Of a stretch of 64,000 nt of DNA, positions 15,069 to 25,534 are shown in pieces. How positions within the stretch are numbered: the stretch's first letter is position 1; every line of letters starts with the position of its first letter. This DNA is from Gemmatimonadota bacterium (GTDB taxonomy: Bacteria > Gemmatimonadota > Gemmatimonadetes > Gemmatimonadales > GWC2-71-9). The notes beneath the pieces are model-generated. The model was not told the DNA's origin. It did not search any database and saw only the letters and a program-made list of their open reading frames with translations. The DNA lies in contig QHUL01000050.1 in the NCBI GenBank assembly GCA_003222115.1, positions 17,086 to 81,085 of the forward strand, written 5' to 3'. The translations under genes and the position numbers were made by a program.

Positions 15069-17517
15069 AGACCAGACTCGGCTCGACCGGCGCCTCGCCC
15101 TCGAAGACGAGATGCCCCTCCTCGAAGCGGGCGCCGCGCAGGGCCAGGCTCAGCACCTCGCCCAGTTCCTCCACGGCGTGGACGTCCAAGGACTTGCGCA
15201 CGTCTTCCGGAAGGTCCTGCAGGTCGGCCTCGTTCTCCTTCGGCAGGATGATCGTTTGGATCCCCGCCCGTACGGCGCCCAGCACCTTCTCTTTGACGCC
15301 GCCGATCGGCAACACCCGCCCTCGTAGCGTCACTTCCCCGGTCATCGCGATGTCGTGGCGCGCCGCACGCTTGGACAGCGCCGACACGAGCGCCGTGGCC
15401 ATGGTCACGCCGGCCGACGGGCCGTCCTTCGGGATCGCGCCCGCGGGAACGTGGATGTGGATGTCGGTGCGGTTCAGTGCCTCCTCCGGGATGCCGAGCA
15501 GGGCGGCATGCGACTTGGCGTAGGTGAGGGCGGCACGGGCCGATTCCTTCATGACGTCGCCGAGCTGCCCGGTGAGCACCAGCTCGCCCTTGCCCTTCAT
15601 CACGCTCGCCTCGACGAACATGATGTCGCCCCCGACGGGTGTGTAGTACATCCCCGTCGCGACCCCGATCTGGTCCTCGCGCGCCTTGCGCTCGGGGTGG
15701 ACTTTGGGCCGCCCGATGAGGTCGCCCACATCGGCCCGGTCCACCGTCACCCGCTCGACCTCACCGGTCGCGACCTTCCGCGCGACCCGGCGCCCCAGCT
15801 TGCCGATCTCCCGCTCCAACTGGCGGACCCCCGCCTCGCGTGTGTAGCTCGCGATGATCTCCGAGAGGGCCGGCTCCGTGAGCGCGAGCTGGTCGGCGGC
15901 CAGCCCGTTCTCGCGCAGCTGGCGCGGTACCAAGTAGCGCTTGGCGATCTCGAGCTTTTCCCGCTCAGTGTAGCCCGCGAAGTTGACAACCTCCATGCGG
16001 TCCACCAGTGGACCGGGGATGCTCTGGAGGAAGTTCGCCGTCGCGATGAACAGCACTTCGGACAAGTCGAACGGGACGCCGAGATAGTGGTCCGTGAATG
16101 AGTCGTTCTGGGCCGGATCCAGCACCTCGAGGAGCGCCGCGGCCGGGTCTCCCTGAAACGAGATGCCGAGCTTGTCCACCTCGTCGAGCAGGAACACGGG
16201 GTTCTTCGCGCCCGCCTGCTTCATCCCCTGGATGATGCGGCCCGGCATCGCGCCCACGTAGGTGCGGCGATGGCCGCGGATGTCCGCCTCGTCGCGCGCG
16301 CCGCCCAACGAGATGCGCACGTAGGGGCGGCCCATCGCGCGGGCGATCGATTTGGCGATCGAGGTCTTGCCGACCCCCGGTGGGCCGACGAACAGGAGAA
16401 TGTGCCCCTTCTGTTTGTCGTCCTCGTTCCCTTGCGGCCGGCGCCCGTCACCGGGCGCGGGCTCCTTGGGATCCGCCGGCGGAGCTTCGCGCTGCCGTAG
16501 CTGGCGCACCGCCAGGAACTCCAGCACCTGGTCCTTGACGTCCTTCAGCCCGTAGTGGTCCTGCTCGAGGATCTCGGCCGCGCGCTTCAGGTCGAGCGAC
16601 TCGTCGGCCCGCTTGCCCCACGGCAACTCCGCCATGGTCTCCAGGTATGTTCGGATTACCTGGGCCTCCATCGAGTCGCGGTTCGCCCGTTCGAGCCGCT
16701 CGAGCTCGCGCTCCACCTCCTTGCGCGCCGCCTCGGGAAGCTCCAGCCCCGCCAACCGCTTGCGAAGCTCCTCGACCTCGCCGCCCTCGTCCTCCTCGCC
16801 CAGCTCCTTCCGGATCGCCTTCAACTGCTCGCGCAGCAACATCTCGCGCTGCCGCTCGCCCAGCTCCTCCTGGACCTGCGACTTGATCTCCTCCTGAGCG
16901 TCGAGGACGCCGATCTGGCGCTGCATCTGAACGAGCACGCGCCGCAGGCGCTCCTCGACCGCCAGGATCTCGAGCAGTGCCTGGCGCTCGGGGGCCTTCA
17001 CGTCGAGGTAGCCCGCCACGAGGTCGGCGAACCGACCGGCATCAGTGACTCCCTCCAGGACCTGCTTCACCACGTCTTCGGGTAGCCCGGACTTCTGGCC
17101 GAGCTCCGCGGCGCGCTGCCGGGTTTCCCGGTAGAGCGCCACGAACGCCGGGTCTTCCGCATTGAGGGGCGGAAGCTCTTCGGCCTCACGCAGGTCGGCC
17201 TCGAGGTAGCCGTCGGTCTCGCGGTAGTGCAGCGCGACCGCCCGAACGTCGCCATTCAGCACCAGCTGCACGCCGCCGAGCCCGCGCTGCACCTGGCCGA
17301 TCCGCGCGATCGTGCCCATCCCATAGAGGGCGGCCGGCGTTACCCCGTCGACATTCTCCCGTTGGGCAACCGCGAAGACGCGTCGGGACGGATGCTTCAG
17401 CGCCGCCTCGATGGCGCGCAGCGTGGCGGGCCGCCCCGCGCCGATCGGCGCGGTGACACCGGGAAACAGCACCATGTCCCGGAGCGGAAGCACCGGGAGC
17501 GTCAGTCGCTCAGGCAT
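15058..17517 (-). CDS. lon: ATP-dependent Lon protease
   Basis: It has a LON N-domain (LPVLPLRDMVLFPG), Walker A (GPPGVGKTS), and a protease domain with DGPSAGVTMATAL (catalytic Ser) and GGVKEKVL. It is full length at 819 aa. Confidence 0.97.
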   Translation of the reverse strand: MPERLTLPVLPLRDMVLFPGVTAPIGAGRPATLRAIEAALKHPSRRVFAVAQRENVDGVTPAALYGMGTIARIGQVQRGLGGVQLVLNGDVRAVALHYRETDGYLEADLREAEELPPLNAEDPAFVALYRETRQRAAELGQKSGLPEDVVKQVLEGVTDAGRFADLVAGYLDVKAPERQALLEILAVEERLRRVLVQMQRQIGVLDAQEEIKSQVQEELGERQREMLLREQLKAIRKELGEEDEGGEVEELRKRLAGLELPEAARKEVERELERLERANRDSMEAQVIRTYLETMAELPWGKRADESLDLKRAAEILEQDHYGLKDVKDQVLEFLAVRQLRQREAPPADPKEPAPGDGRRPQGNEDDKQKGHILLFVGPPGVGKTSIAKSIARAMGRPYVRISLGGARDEADIRGHRRTYVGAMPGRIIQGMKQAGAKNPVFLLDEVDKLGISFQGDPAAALLEVLDPAQNDSFTDHYLGVPFDLSEVLFIATANFLQSIPGPLVDRMEVVNFAGYTEREKLEIAKRYLVPRQLRENGLAADQLALTEPALSEIIASYTREAGVRQLEREIGKLGRRVARKVATGEVERVTVDRADVGDLIGRPKVHPERKAREDQIGVATGMYYTPVGGDIMFVEASVMKGKGELVLTGQLGDVMKESARAALTYAKSHAALLGIPEEALNRTDIHIHVPAGAIPKDGPSAGVTMATALVSALSKRAARHDIAMTGEVTLRGRVLPIGGVKEKVLGAVRAGIQTIILPKENEADLQDLPEDVRKSLDVHAVEELGEVLSLALRGARFEEGHLVFEGEAPVEPSLVSKN

Positions 17518-17656
17518 TGCGATCTCTCAAGTTGGAGCGGGCGTGTGACACCACGTGCCACACGACACAGCATCGACCGTGCCACTAGAAACGCCGCGGC
17601 GAGGCGTCGCGTTCCGGCCGCAAGCGGTCAATGAGGCAGGCGACTGCCAATGCGCC

Positions 17657-17684
17657 GTCAGCGGTCAGTTGTCAGCCGTCAGCC
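17657..17684 (+). repeat. Four tandem heptamers GTCAGCN in the lon / kinase divergent intergenic region
   Basis: The units are GTCAGCG GTCAGTT GTCAGCC GTCAGCC. The same unit family forms the hairpin at 61594-61638. A degenerate complementary stretch (GCTGAAGCTGATC) lies at 17700-17712. Confidence 0.7.
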
Positions 17685-17813
17685 TGGCGCATCGGAGCCG
17701 CTGAAGCTGATCGCCGCAGGCGCTGTCATGTCTTCTAAGTCCAACCCTTTTTGAAGGTTGCAGGACCGCCCTCGCGCCGCTAAATCTATGCGCGCACCCC
17801 TTCGCGGAACTGC

Positions 17814-19670
17814 ATGGCCGAGGCCGACAATTCTCTGGTGACCCGCCTGCGCAAGGCGCTGGGCAGCTCCTATACGATCGAAGGGGAGATCGGCCGCGGC
17901 GGGATGGGCGTCGTGTACCAAGCGCGAGACGAGCGCCTGAAACGCCAGGTGGCCATCAAGGTGCTCCCGCCTGAGCTCGCCTTCCGCGAGGAGATCCGCA
18001 TCCGGTTCCTGCGCGAGGCGGAGACCGCCGCCCGGCTGTCCCACCCGCACATTGTCCCGATCCACAGCGTCGGCGAAGGGCCGGACGGCCTCGTCTACTT
18101 CGTGATGGCGTACGTCGACGGGGAGTCGCTCGCGGCCCGGCTCAAACGCCGGGGCCGGTTGCCTGCGGAGGAGGCGCGCCGCGTCATGATCGAGACCGCC
18201 GACGCGCTGGGCGCCGCGCACGCGGTCGGTATCATCCACCGCGACGTCAAGCCCGACAATATCCTGCTCGAAGGAAGCCGGGGTCGGGTGGTCGTGACCG
18301 ACTTCGGAATCGCGAAGGCGCTGTCCTCCACCACCGGCTCCGCGACGCTCACGGCGACCGGTGTGGCCATCGGCACGCCGCACTACATGAGCCCCGAGCA
18401 GGCGGCGGGCGACCGGGAAATCGACGGCCGCTCCGACCTCTACAGCCTGGGCGTCGTGTCCTACCAGACGCTCACGGGCGAACTGCCCTTCTCGGCCCCG
18501 ACGGTGCCGGGCATCCTGATGAAGCATATCACGGAGCAGGCGCCCCGCGTGGTCGCGAAACGGCCCGACTGCCCGCCCGATCTCGAGAGCTGCGTGATGC
18601 GTTGTCTCGAGAAGGACCCCGAGGACCGCTGGCCGACCGCCGACGCGCTACGCCGGTCCCTGGAGGCGCGCACCGCGACCGCGTACCAGCCGCGCCGCCC
18701 GCCGGCGGCCGGCACCCGCCGCTACAGCGGCGCCCCCCCGCTGCCGGCGCCGCCGGGCCCGCCCGCGCAGCGCGGCCGTGAGCGGGACCGTCGGCCGAGC
18801 CGCCGAGGGCGCGTCGAGCACCCCGTCCCGCTGGGAGAGGCCGGCGAAGCGGCCATCGTGCGGGAGGCGCGCGCCAGTTTCGTGCGCTGGGCCTCGGTGA
18901 GTGGGTCACTGCTCCTGGTCGATGTCCTCACGGGCCATCACGTGCCCAGCTGGTCGTTGATGGTCGCGGGCTTCATGGCGGCGTTCGGTCTCGTGCCGCG
19001 CTACATCAGGCTCTGGCATGCCGGCTACTCCTGGCGCGACGTGTTGTACCGGCCGTCCGCACCCGACGCGGCCGATGTCCGTCTCGGTCTCGCCACAGGT
19101 GCAAAGCCGGCGGAGCTCCCGCCCGCCACGAGCGGCGAGTTCGGGCGCCAGACGGGCGCGGTCCAGCAGGCTCGCAATGACCGCAAGGCGATCCTCAAGA
19201 TCCTCGAGCGCGTACCCAAGTCGGAGAAGAAGCTGCTGCCGGACGTGGTGCACACGGTGGACGCACTGTTGCACCGTGCCGAGGAGCTCGCCCGCATGCT
19301 CCATACGATGAGCGCGGATGTGGACCAGAGCGCGCTGGCGCGGCTGGATGGGAAGATCGCGGCGACGAAGCAGGAGCGGGAGGGGCCGGAGCGGGAGCGA
19401 CAGCTCGGCCTGCTTGCAAGGCAGCGGCAGACGCTCACCGATCTCGTGACGCGCCGCCAGCTGATCGAGGATCAGATCGAGTCATGTGTCCTGGCGATGC
19501 AGAACGTGCGCTTCGACCTGCTGCGGCTCCGTTCGGCGGGAGTGGCGGCCGTGCTCGACGACCTCACGCAGGCGACCCAACAGGCGCGGGCCCTGTCACG
19601 CGACGTGGACCACGCGATCGCCGCGGCGGGGGAGATCCGGGAGGCGCTGGGGGACCGGCCCAGGGCTTAG
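17814..19670 (+). CDS. Ser/Thr protein kinase with a C-terminal transmembrane segment and coiled-coil domain
   Basis: Hanks kinase motifs are present: GRGGMGVVY, VAIK, HRDVKPDNILL, DFGIAK and GTPHYMSPE. After a Pro/Arg-rich linker there is a hydrophobic segment (LLLVDVL...LMVAGFMAAFGLV) and then a helical tail. Confidence 0.9.
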   Translation: MAEADNSLVTRLRKALGSSYTIEGEIGRGGMGVVYQARDERLKRQVAIKVLPPELAFREEIRIRFLREAETAARLSHPHIVPIHSVGEGPDGLVYFVMAYVDGESLAARLKRRGRLPAEEARRVMIETADALGAAHAVGIIHRDVKPDNILLEGSRGRVVVTDFGIAKALSSTTGSATLTATGVAIGTPHYMSPEQAAGDREIDGRSDLYSLGVVSYQTLTGELPFSAPTVPGILMKHITEQAPRVVAKRPDCPPDLESCVMRCLEKDPEDRWPTADALRRSLEARTATAYQPRRPPAAGTRRYSGAPPLPAPPGPPAQRGRERDRRPSRRGRVEHPVPLGEAGEAAIVREARASFVRWASVSGSLLLVDVLTGHHVPSWSLMVAGFMAAFGLVPRYIRLWHAGYSWRDVLYRPSAPDAADVRLGLATGAKPAELPPATSGEFGRQTGAVQQARNDRKAILKILERVPKSEKKLLPDVVHTVDALLHRAEELARMLHTMSADVDQSALARLDGKIAATKQEREGPERERQLGLLARQRQTLTDLVTRRQLIEDQIESCVLAMQNVRFDLLRLRSAGVAAVLDDLTQATQQARALSRDVDHAIAAAGEIREALGDRPRA

Positions 19671-22600
19671 AGCTTCAGGCCGCGACGGCAGCGCATCACG
19701 AGGTCCGGCCCGTCGTCGCGCTCGATGCCGAAATCGAGCAGCAGCAGGAACTCCTTCACCGCCACGTCGCAGCGTCCCACGCGCAGCGCCGCGAACGCGC
19801 GCAGCTCGTGCAGCGTCGACCAGCCGGGGCGACCGCGCACGGCGTCGGCGAGCAAGCTGTCCGCCGCCTCAGCAGGGCCGGCCTGCACTACGCCGGTCAA
19901 CGCCTCCCCCAACCACGCTCGGGGATAGGGGTGGCGCAGGGTGCCCGGCGCCCCCGTGAACGCAGCCCGCGCCAGGGCTGCGGCCTCCCTCCACCGTTTG
20001 TCCCGCGCGGCCAAGGTCGCGAGCGCCGCCCGTGTCTCCGCGCTATCCGCCCCCCCGGCGAGCGCCCGCGCGAGCAGGCCCCGCGCACGCTCCGCCTGCC
20101 CCCGCTTCGCGGCGACGAGCCCAGCGAGCAGCGCGGCGTCCGCGCTCCGCGGGACGAACCGCGCGAGGGCGGTGTCGGCGAACGTGGTGTCGCCGGCCCC
20201 GAGGCGGATGGCCGCAGCGTGGACCGTCCAGAAGGGATCGTCGGGGCGCTGGCGCCGCGCCGCTTCGACATAACGCCAGGCCGCGAGGTCGCCGCGCCGC
20301 GCGGTCAGCGCCCTGGCGAAGAGCAGCGGCGAGTCATGCGCAGGCGCCGCACCTGCCATGGCGGCGAGCGAGTCGAACACGCCCTGCGTCCCCGTGTCGA
20401 GGAAGCGGCGCGCGGCCACGAATTCGAGCCGCGGCCGGTCGTCCCGATGGACGATCGTGGCCCGCTCGACCAGCCGTGCCACCCCGATCGAGTCGAGCAG
20501 CAGGTGGCCGAAGTACTGGTCCGGCGCGTCCACCGCCAAGTACTCCCGTGCGAGCCCGCTCAGCGCGCCGCCCGGCCCCACCAGCCGCGCCAGCCACGCC
20601 GCATCGTATGTCAGCGGCTTGAGTGAGCCGATGATCAGGACGTCGCCCGGCGAGCTGAACCACACCTCCACGTGCGGGAAGACCGTGCGGATGTTCCGCA
20701 CCACCCCCGCGACGACCGGCACCGGGACCTGATACAACTGCACCCATTGGCAGAAGACGCCGTCGTCCGCGAGGCGCCGGCGCACGATGCGGTAGAACTC
20801 GGGCGTGTAGAGCGTCGCGACCCCGGCCAGCCAGATATTGCTCGGCTCGGACGAGATCACGTCGTAGCGGGCGCGGTCGAGTTGCAGCGCGCTGCGCGCG
20901 TCGTCCACCACGGCCGAGACGCCGGGCCGCGCCAGCACGGTGTCATTGACGTGCTCGAAAAAGCGGCTCATCGCGAGCACCGCAGGCTCGATCTCCACGA
21001 CGCGCACGCGCTGCATGCCCGGCATGTCGGCCAGCACGCGGGCCGTCACGCCGCTGCCGTAGCCGATCACCAGCGCGCTGGTCGCTTGCGGGCGGGCCGC
21101 GACCGGGGCCAGTCCGAGCATGATCTCGGTGTCCATGTCTCCGTGGTCGGAGGCGTCGGCCTTGCCGTTCACCTTCAGGCTCCGGCCCGGGCCGCTCTCC
21201 CACACGGACACGGTGGCGTTGCGGCCCTCACGATAGGCGAGTTGCCGAGCGCCGGGATGGCCGAGGAACGTCGCGACGGCGGCGCGATCCATCGGCTCCC
21301 GCGCGTAGATGGCGGGGCCGAGGTCGATCAGCCGCGTACTCCAGCGGGGGGCGCCGAGCGCCGCGATGAGTCCTGCGCTGGCGAGCACCCCCGCCCCGAG
21401 CACGCGGGTCCGCAGGCTGCGGTGCTGGGCCGAGCCCTCGGCGACGCCGCGGGCCGCGAGCGCCGCGAGCGTGAGCGCCGCCGCGGCGCTCACCACCAGC
21501 CCGAGGCGCAGCGTGACATCGGTCCCCAGGGCCACGACCAGCACGAAGCCGGTGAGCACCGCCCCGGCGATGCTGCCCAAGGTGTTCAGGGCGTAGGCGC
21601 GCCCCACGTCTTCTCCCCGGGCGGTGCCGCCGGCCGCCACGAGATCGGTCAACAGCGGAAAGGTCATCCCCATGCCGATCGCCGGAACCAGCACGACGCC
21701 GCCGATCGCGAGGCCCAGGGCCCCGAGTCGCTGGGAGGCGCCCCACGACTGCGCCTGAAAGACGGCGATGATGTAGCGGGGAAGCAGGCTGAAGAACGCG
21801 AACAGGAGCGCCGCGCCCGCCGCCGTCACACCCTGCGCCAGGGCCGCGTCGGCGGCCGTCTCGGAGGCGGCGGCGGCGCGGCGCGCGACCACCGCGCTGC
21901 CCAGGCCGATCCCCAGCAGGAAGACGAGCAGCACCAGCGTGAAGGCGTACGTCGAGCCTCCCACGATCATCACCAGCACGCGCGTCCACGCGATCTCGTG
22001 CAGCAGCGCGGCGAACGCGGTCACGCCGAGCAGCCCGAGCCCCAGCCTGCGCAGCGTGCGACCAGCCGCCGCGCCCGGCGCCACAGGCCCATCGGCGAGC
22101 ACGGGGACCGGAACGGGGTCGAGCGGGCGCGCCAGCGCGAGCGCCACCGCTCCGAGGCCGAGGTTGACCGCCGCCGTGGCCCAGAGGCTCGCCCGAATGC
22201 CGACGTATTCGATCAGGAAGAAGCCGGCGAGCGCCGTGCCCGCGACGGCGCCCAAGGTGTTGATGCCGTACAGCCAGCCCAGCGACGGCTTCAAGCGGTC
22301 GCGCTCGGTGCCCATGAACGCGCGGGTGAGGACCGGGAGGGTGCCGCCCATCAGCGTGGTCGGGACGAGCAGCACCAGCGCGGCGAGTGCGAACCGCAGC
22401 GCCACGCTCGCCCCCCCGCCGAGGCCGAGCGCCCCGGCCGCACTCACGTAGATGCGGTGCGCCAGCGCGAGCACGAAGGGCGACACGAGGCCGAACACGC
22501 CGATCGCGATCTCGAGCCTGCCGTAGAGTGCCGCAGGCCGCGGGTGGCGGTCGCCGCGCCGGCCGAGCAGCCAGGCGCCGAGCCCGAGCCCGCCCATGTA

Positions 22601-22744
22601 GGCGGCCACGACGGTGGTCACCGACTCGAGGGTCGAGCCGAACGCCTGATAGAGGAGCCGGACCCAGAGGAGCTCATACACGAGCCCGGTGGCCCCGGAG
22701 AGGAAGAACAGGAGGCTGTAGCCGCGGGCGGCGCTAAAACGCAT
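19667..22744 (-). CDS. Fused multi-pass membrane (MFS-like) / spermidine-synthase-like / TPR protein, 1025 aa
   Basis: The N-terminal ~480 aa is polytopic membrane sequence. The middle has an aminopropyltransferase-like fold ([11 protein letters not shown]...VVEIEP...[15 protein letters not shown]). The C-terminus is TPR-like. I recall the family name 'fused MFS/spermidine synthase' from memory. Confidence 0.8.
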   Translation of the reverse strand: MRFSAARGYSLLFFLSGATGLVYELLWVRLLYQAFGSTLESVTTVVAAYMGGLGLGAWLLGRRGDRHPRPAALYGRLEIAIGVFGLVSPFVLALAHRIYVSAAGALGLGGGASVALRFALAALVLLVPTTLMGGTLPVLTRAFMGTERDRLKPSLGWLYGINTLGAVAGTALAGFFLIEYVGIRASLWATAAVNLGLGAVALALARPLDPVPVPVLADGPVAPGAAAGRTLRRLGLGLLGVTAFAALLHEIAWTRVLVMIVGGSTYAFTLVLLVFLLGIGLGSAVVARRAAAASETAADAALAQGVTAAGAALLFAFFSLLPRYIIAVFQAQSWGASQRLGALGLAIGGVVLVPAIGMGMTFPLLTDLVAAGGTARGEDVGRAYALNTLGSIAGAVLTGFVLVVALGTDVTLRLGLVVSAAAALTLAALAARGVAEGSAQHRSLRTRVLGAGVLASAGLIAALGAPRWSTRLIDLGPAIYAREPMDRAAVATFLGHPGARQLAYREGRNATVSVWESGPGRSLKVNGKADASDHGDMDTEIMLGLAPVAARPQATSALVIGYGSGVTARVLADMPGMQRVRVVEIEPAVLAMSRFFEHVNDTVLARPGVSAVVDDARSALQLDRARYDVISSEPSNIWLAGVATLYTPEFYRIVRRRLADDGVFCQWVQLYQVPVPVVAGVVRNIRTVFPHVEVWFSSPGDVLIIGSLKPLTYDAAWLARLVGPGGALSGLAREYLAVDAPDQYFGHLLLDSIGVARLVERATIVHRDDRPRLEFVAARRFLDTGTQGVFDSLAAMAGAAPAHDSPLLFARALTARRGDLAAWRYVEAARRQRPDDPFWTVHAAAIRLGAGDTTFADTALARFVPRSADAALLAGLVAAKRGQAERARGLLARALAGGADSAETRAALATLAARDKRWREAAALARAAFTGAPGTLRHPYPRAWLGEALTGVVQAGPAEAADSLLADAVRGRPGWSTLHELRAFAALRVGRCDVAVKEFLLLLDFGIERDDGPDLVMRCRRGLKL

Positions 22745-24854
22745 GCAGCTCGCGCATCGCCTGCGCGAGATCTTCCACCTGCGGTAGGATGTAGTCTTCC
22801 AGCGTGGGTGCGTATCCGACGAACGTGTCGGTGGACGCGAGGCGCTTCACCGGCGCGTCGAGCCACGAGAACGCCTCGTCCGCGACACGCGCCGCGATCT
22901 CGGCGCCGTAGCCCCAGGAGAGCGCGTCCTCGTAGGCGACGAGCACCCGGTTGGTCTTCTGCACCGACCGGGCGATCGCGTCCCAATCGACCGGCGAGAG
23001 GCTCCGCAGATCGATGACTTCGGCCCGCACGCCGTCTCGCTCCTCGAGCTCTTTCGCGGCGACCAGCGCCCGCTGCACGACGGCGCCGTACGTGACGACC
23101 GTGAGATCGCGCCCCTCCTTGACGACCTTGGCCTTGCCGAAGGGGATCATGAAGTTCGGGCCGGGATTGGGCGCCTTGTTGTAGGTCTGGCGATAGAGGT
23201 GCTTGTGCTCGAGGAACAGGACCGGGTCGTCGCAGCGGATCGCGGTGCGGAGCAGGCCGTTCGCGTCGAGGGCGGTGGCGGGGCACACGACGCGCAGCCC
23301 GGGAATGGCGGTGAACACGACGGCGCCCGTCTGCGAGTGGTAGATCGCCCCGCCTTTCAGGTAGCCACCATACGTGACGCGCACCACGACCGGGCAACTG
23401 AAGGCGTTGTGCGAGCGCCACCGCAGCGTGGCGAGCTCGTTGCGCAGCTGGTGGTAGGCCGGCCAGATGTAGTCGAAGAACTGGATCTCCACGACCGGCT
23501 TGAGGCCCCGCGTGGCGAGCCCGATCGCCCGCCCGACGATGTTCGCCTCCGCGAGCGGCGAGTTGTACACCCGCCCGCTCCCGAACTGCCGCTGCAGCCC
23601 CCAGGTGACCTTGAAGACCCCACCCTTCCCCTTCACCTGGCCGAGGTACTGCTCCCGGCTGACGTCGGCCACGTCCTCGCCGAAGAGGAGGATGCGCGGG
23701 TCGCGGGCCATCTCGTCCTTCAGGCAGATGTTCAGGAGGTCCACCATCGTCGTCGGATCCCCCGCGAACTGGGGATCGTCCTCAGTGTCGAACTGCTCCG
23801 AAGTCGGGTCGACATCGGGAGAGTAGACGTACAGCAGCGCCGTCTCGGGCCGGGGCTGGGGGGAGGCGAGGGCCATGTCGGCCGCGACCTCCACCTCCTC
23901 GTCCACCTGCTGCTTGATCGCGTCGACCTCGGGCCCGGTCGCGACTCCCTCCGTCACCAGCCGTTTGGAGAACGTCGCGATGGGATCCCGCTTCGACTCT
24001 TCCTCACGCTCCTTGGGCGGCTTGTACAGCACCTCGTCGTCCGAGAGCGAGTGGGAGTACGGCCGGATGACGTGGGCGTGCACGAGCGCGGGTCCGCGGC
24101 GCTGCCGGCAGTGCGCGACCGCGCGGGTCAGCGCCTCGAAGGACGCGATCGGATCGCAGCCGTCCACTTCCTCGATGAAGAGGTCCGGGAAGTTGGCCAC
24201 GAGCTTCGAGACCGAGGCCCCGGCCGTCTGCACTTCGACCGGCACGGAGATCGCGTACTTGTTGTCTTCGATCAGAAAGAGGACCGGGAGCTTCAGATTG
24301 CTCGCGGTGTTCATCGCCTCCCAGAACTCGCCCTCGCTCGTGGTGCCGTCGCCCCCGGAGCAGTAGACGACTTCGTCGCCGCGAATCGGCTTCTCCGCGA
24401 TGCCGTCGCTGCGATCGTACCGCAGCCAAGCCTCGGCGCAGCCCACCGCCTGCAGCAGCTGGGTCCCCGTGGGACTCGATTGGCTCACGATGTGGAGCGC
24501 CTTGTGACCCCAGTGGGACGGCATCTGGCGGCCACCCGAGTTCGGGTCGTCGGCCGCGGCGACGGCCGAAAGGAGCATCTCCGTCGGCGTCATGCCCAGC
24601 GCGAGGCATAGGGCGCGGTCGCGGTAATAGGGGTAGAACCAGTCGTAGGTGGGGCGCAGCACCCGGCCGGCGGCGACGAGCACCGCCTCGTGCCCGGCGC
24701 CCGAGATCTGGAAGAAGATCTTGTTCTGGCGCTTGAGCTGGATCTCCCGATCGTCGAGACGGCGGGAGAGGTACATGAGGCGGAACATGTCGAGCAGGTC
24801 CGCCTTGGCGAGCGGCTTCGCGGCCTTCGGTTGCGGCTTGGTACGCGTCGACAT
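22734..24854 (-). CDS. Thiamine-diphosphate-dependent 2-oxoacid dehydrogenase E1 component, fused alpha-beta
   Basis: The alpha part carries [31 protein letters not shown] and [15 protein letters not shown]. The beta part carries RILLFGEDV...GGVFKVT and a transketolase-C-like end. Confidence 0.85.
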   Translation of the reverse strand: MSTRTKPQPKAAKPLAKADLLDMFRLMYLSRRLDDREIQLKRQNKIFFQISGAGHEAVLVAAGRVLRPTYDWFYPYYRDRALCLALGMTPTEMLLSAVAAADDPNSGGRQMPSHWGHKALHIVSQSSPTGTQLLQAVGCAEAWLRYDRSDGIAEKPIRGDEVVYCSGGDGTTSEGEFWEAMNTASNLKLPVLFLIEDNKYAISVPVEVQTAGASVSKLVANFPDLFIEEVDGCDPIASFEALTRAVAHCRQRRGPALVHAHVIRPYSHSLSDDEVLYKPPKEREEESKRDPIATFSKRLVTEGVATGPEVDAIKQQVDEEVEVAADMALASPQPRPETALLYVYSPDVDPTSEQFDTEDDPQFAGDPTTMVDLLNICLKDEMARDPRILLFGEDVADVSREQYLGQVKGKGGVFKVTWGLQRQFGSGRVYNSPLAEANIVGRAIGLATRGLKPVVEIQFFDYIWPAYHQLRNELATLRWRSHNAFSCPVVVRVTYGGYLKGGAIYHSQTGAVVFTAIPGLRVVCPATALDANGLLRTAIRCDDPVLFLEHKHLYRQTYNKAPNPGPNFMIPFGKAKVVKEGRDLTVVTYGAVVQRALVAAKELEERDGVRAEVIDLRSLSPVDWDAIARSVQKTNRVLVAYEDALSWGYGAEIAARVADEAFSWLDAPVKRLASTDTFVGYAPTLEDYILPQVEDLAQAMRELHAF

Positions 24855-24952
24855 GAGAGCAAAATAGCTGGTTCGGGGGCAAGATGGCGGCCGCGGGAGG
24901 GCCGGTCAATATTTCACCGCGCGAAGGACCCACCCACCACCCGAGGACGAGC

Positions 24953-25432
24953 ATGGACGAGGCCGCGAAGAAGACCGTGCTGCGGAGCTTTCCCTACGGC
25001 CTCTACGTCGTCACCGTCGCGCACGGCGGCGAGGAGCACGGCATGACCGCAAACTGGGTGACGCAAGCCTCGTTCGAGCCGCCCATGGTCGTGGTCGCGG
25101 TCGAGAACACCTCGAAGACGATCGACCTGATCCGCGACGCCCACCATTTCGGCGTCAACGTGCTGCACGAGGGCCAGCGCGAACTGGCCGGCAAGCTGGG
25201 GCGCTCGTCCGCCAACACGCCGCAAAAGCTCAAGGGGATCAAGACCAAGCCCGCCCCGGTCTCGGGCGCGCCCATCCTCACCGAAGCGCTCGGCTGGCTC
25301 GAATGTCGCGTGGTCGCCACGATGCCGAGCGGCGACCATACGCTCGTGCTGGGGGAGGTGGTGGAGGCAGGCGTGGAGCGCGAGGGCGCGGCGCTCACGC
25401 TGCAGGCGGCCGGGTTCAAGTACTCGGGGTGA
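24953..25432 (+). CDS. Flavin reductase-like FMN-binding (split-barrel) protein
   Basis: MDEAAKKTVLRSFPYGLYVVTV...GMTANWVTQASFEPPMVVVAV...GDHTLVLGEVV is typical of the flavin reductase domain. The ATG at 24953 is preferred over the track start at 24884. Confidence 0.8.
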   Translation: MDEAAKKTVLRSFPYGLYVVTVAHGGEEHGMTANWVTQASFEPPMVVVAVENTSKTIDLIRDAHHFGVNVLHEGQRELAGKLGRSSANTPQKLKGIKTKPAPVSGAPILTEALGWLECRVVATMPSGDHTLVLGEVVEAGVEREGAALTLQAAGFKYSG

Positions 25433-25439
25433 ATCAAGT

Positions 25440-25533
25440 GCGGAATGTGGAGTGCGGAATGCGGAATGTCTGAGCGAAGTTCGTGCGGCACGACGTTGCA
25501 TTGCAATTCCGCATTCCGAATTCCGCGTTCCGC
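25440..25533. terminator. Long hairpin whose arms are 4 tandem heptamers (GCGGAAT / ATTCCGC), between convergent genes
   Basis: The left arm is GCGGAAT GTGGAGT GCGGAAT GCGGAAT (25440-25467). The right arm is ATTCCGC ATTCCGA ATTCCGC GTTCCGC (25506-25533). About 24/28 positions are complementary, and the loop contains TTGCATTGCAA. The right arm ends 1 nt before the amidohydrolase stop codon. Confidence 0.6.
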
Positions 25534-25534
25534 A

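Noticed and set aside
17679-18527. A 282-aa ORF antisense to the Ser/Thr kinase gene
   Set aside because: The kinase frame has all the Hanks motifs, whereas the antisense product is Arg/Gly/His-rich with no motifs.
19484-23017. ORFs 19484..20626 (+) and 20672..23017 (+, 781 aa) opposite the fused spermidine-synthase-like gene
   Set aside because: Extreme Arg/Glu/His/Gly composition. These are shadow ORFs.
25440-25533. Tandem short repeats here and at 1173, 7715, 17657, 52857, 53386 and 61594, considered as possible CRISPR arrays
   Set aside because: The units are only 7-8 nt long, are directly adjacent with no spacers, and occur as inverted partner arrays. No cas genes are present. These are not CRISPR.
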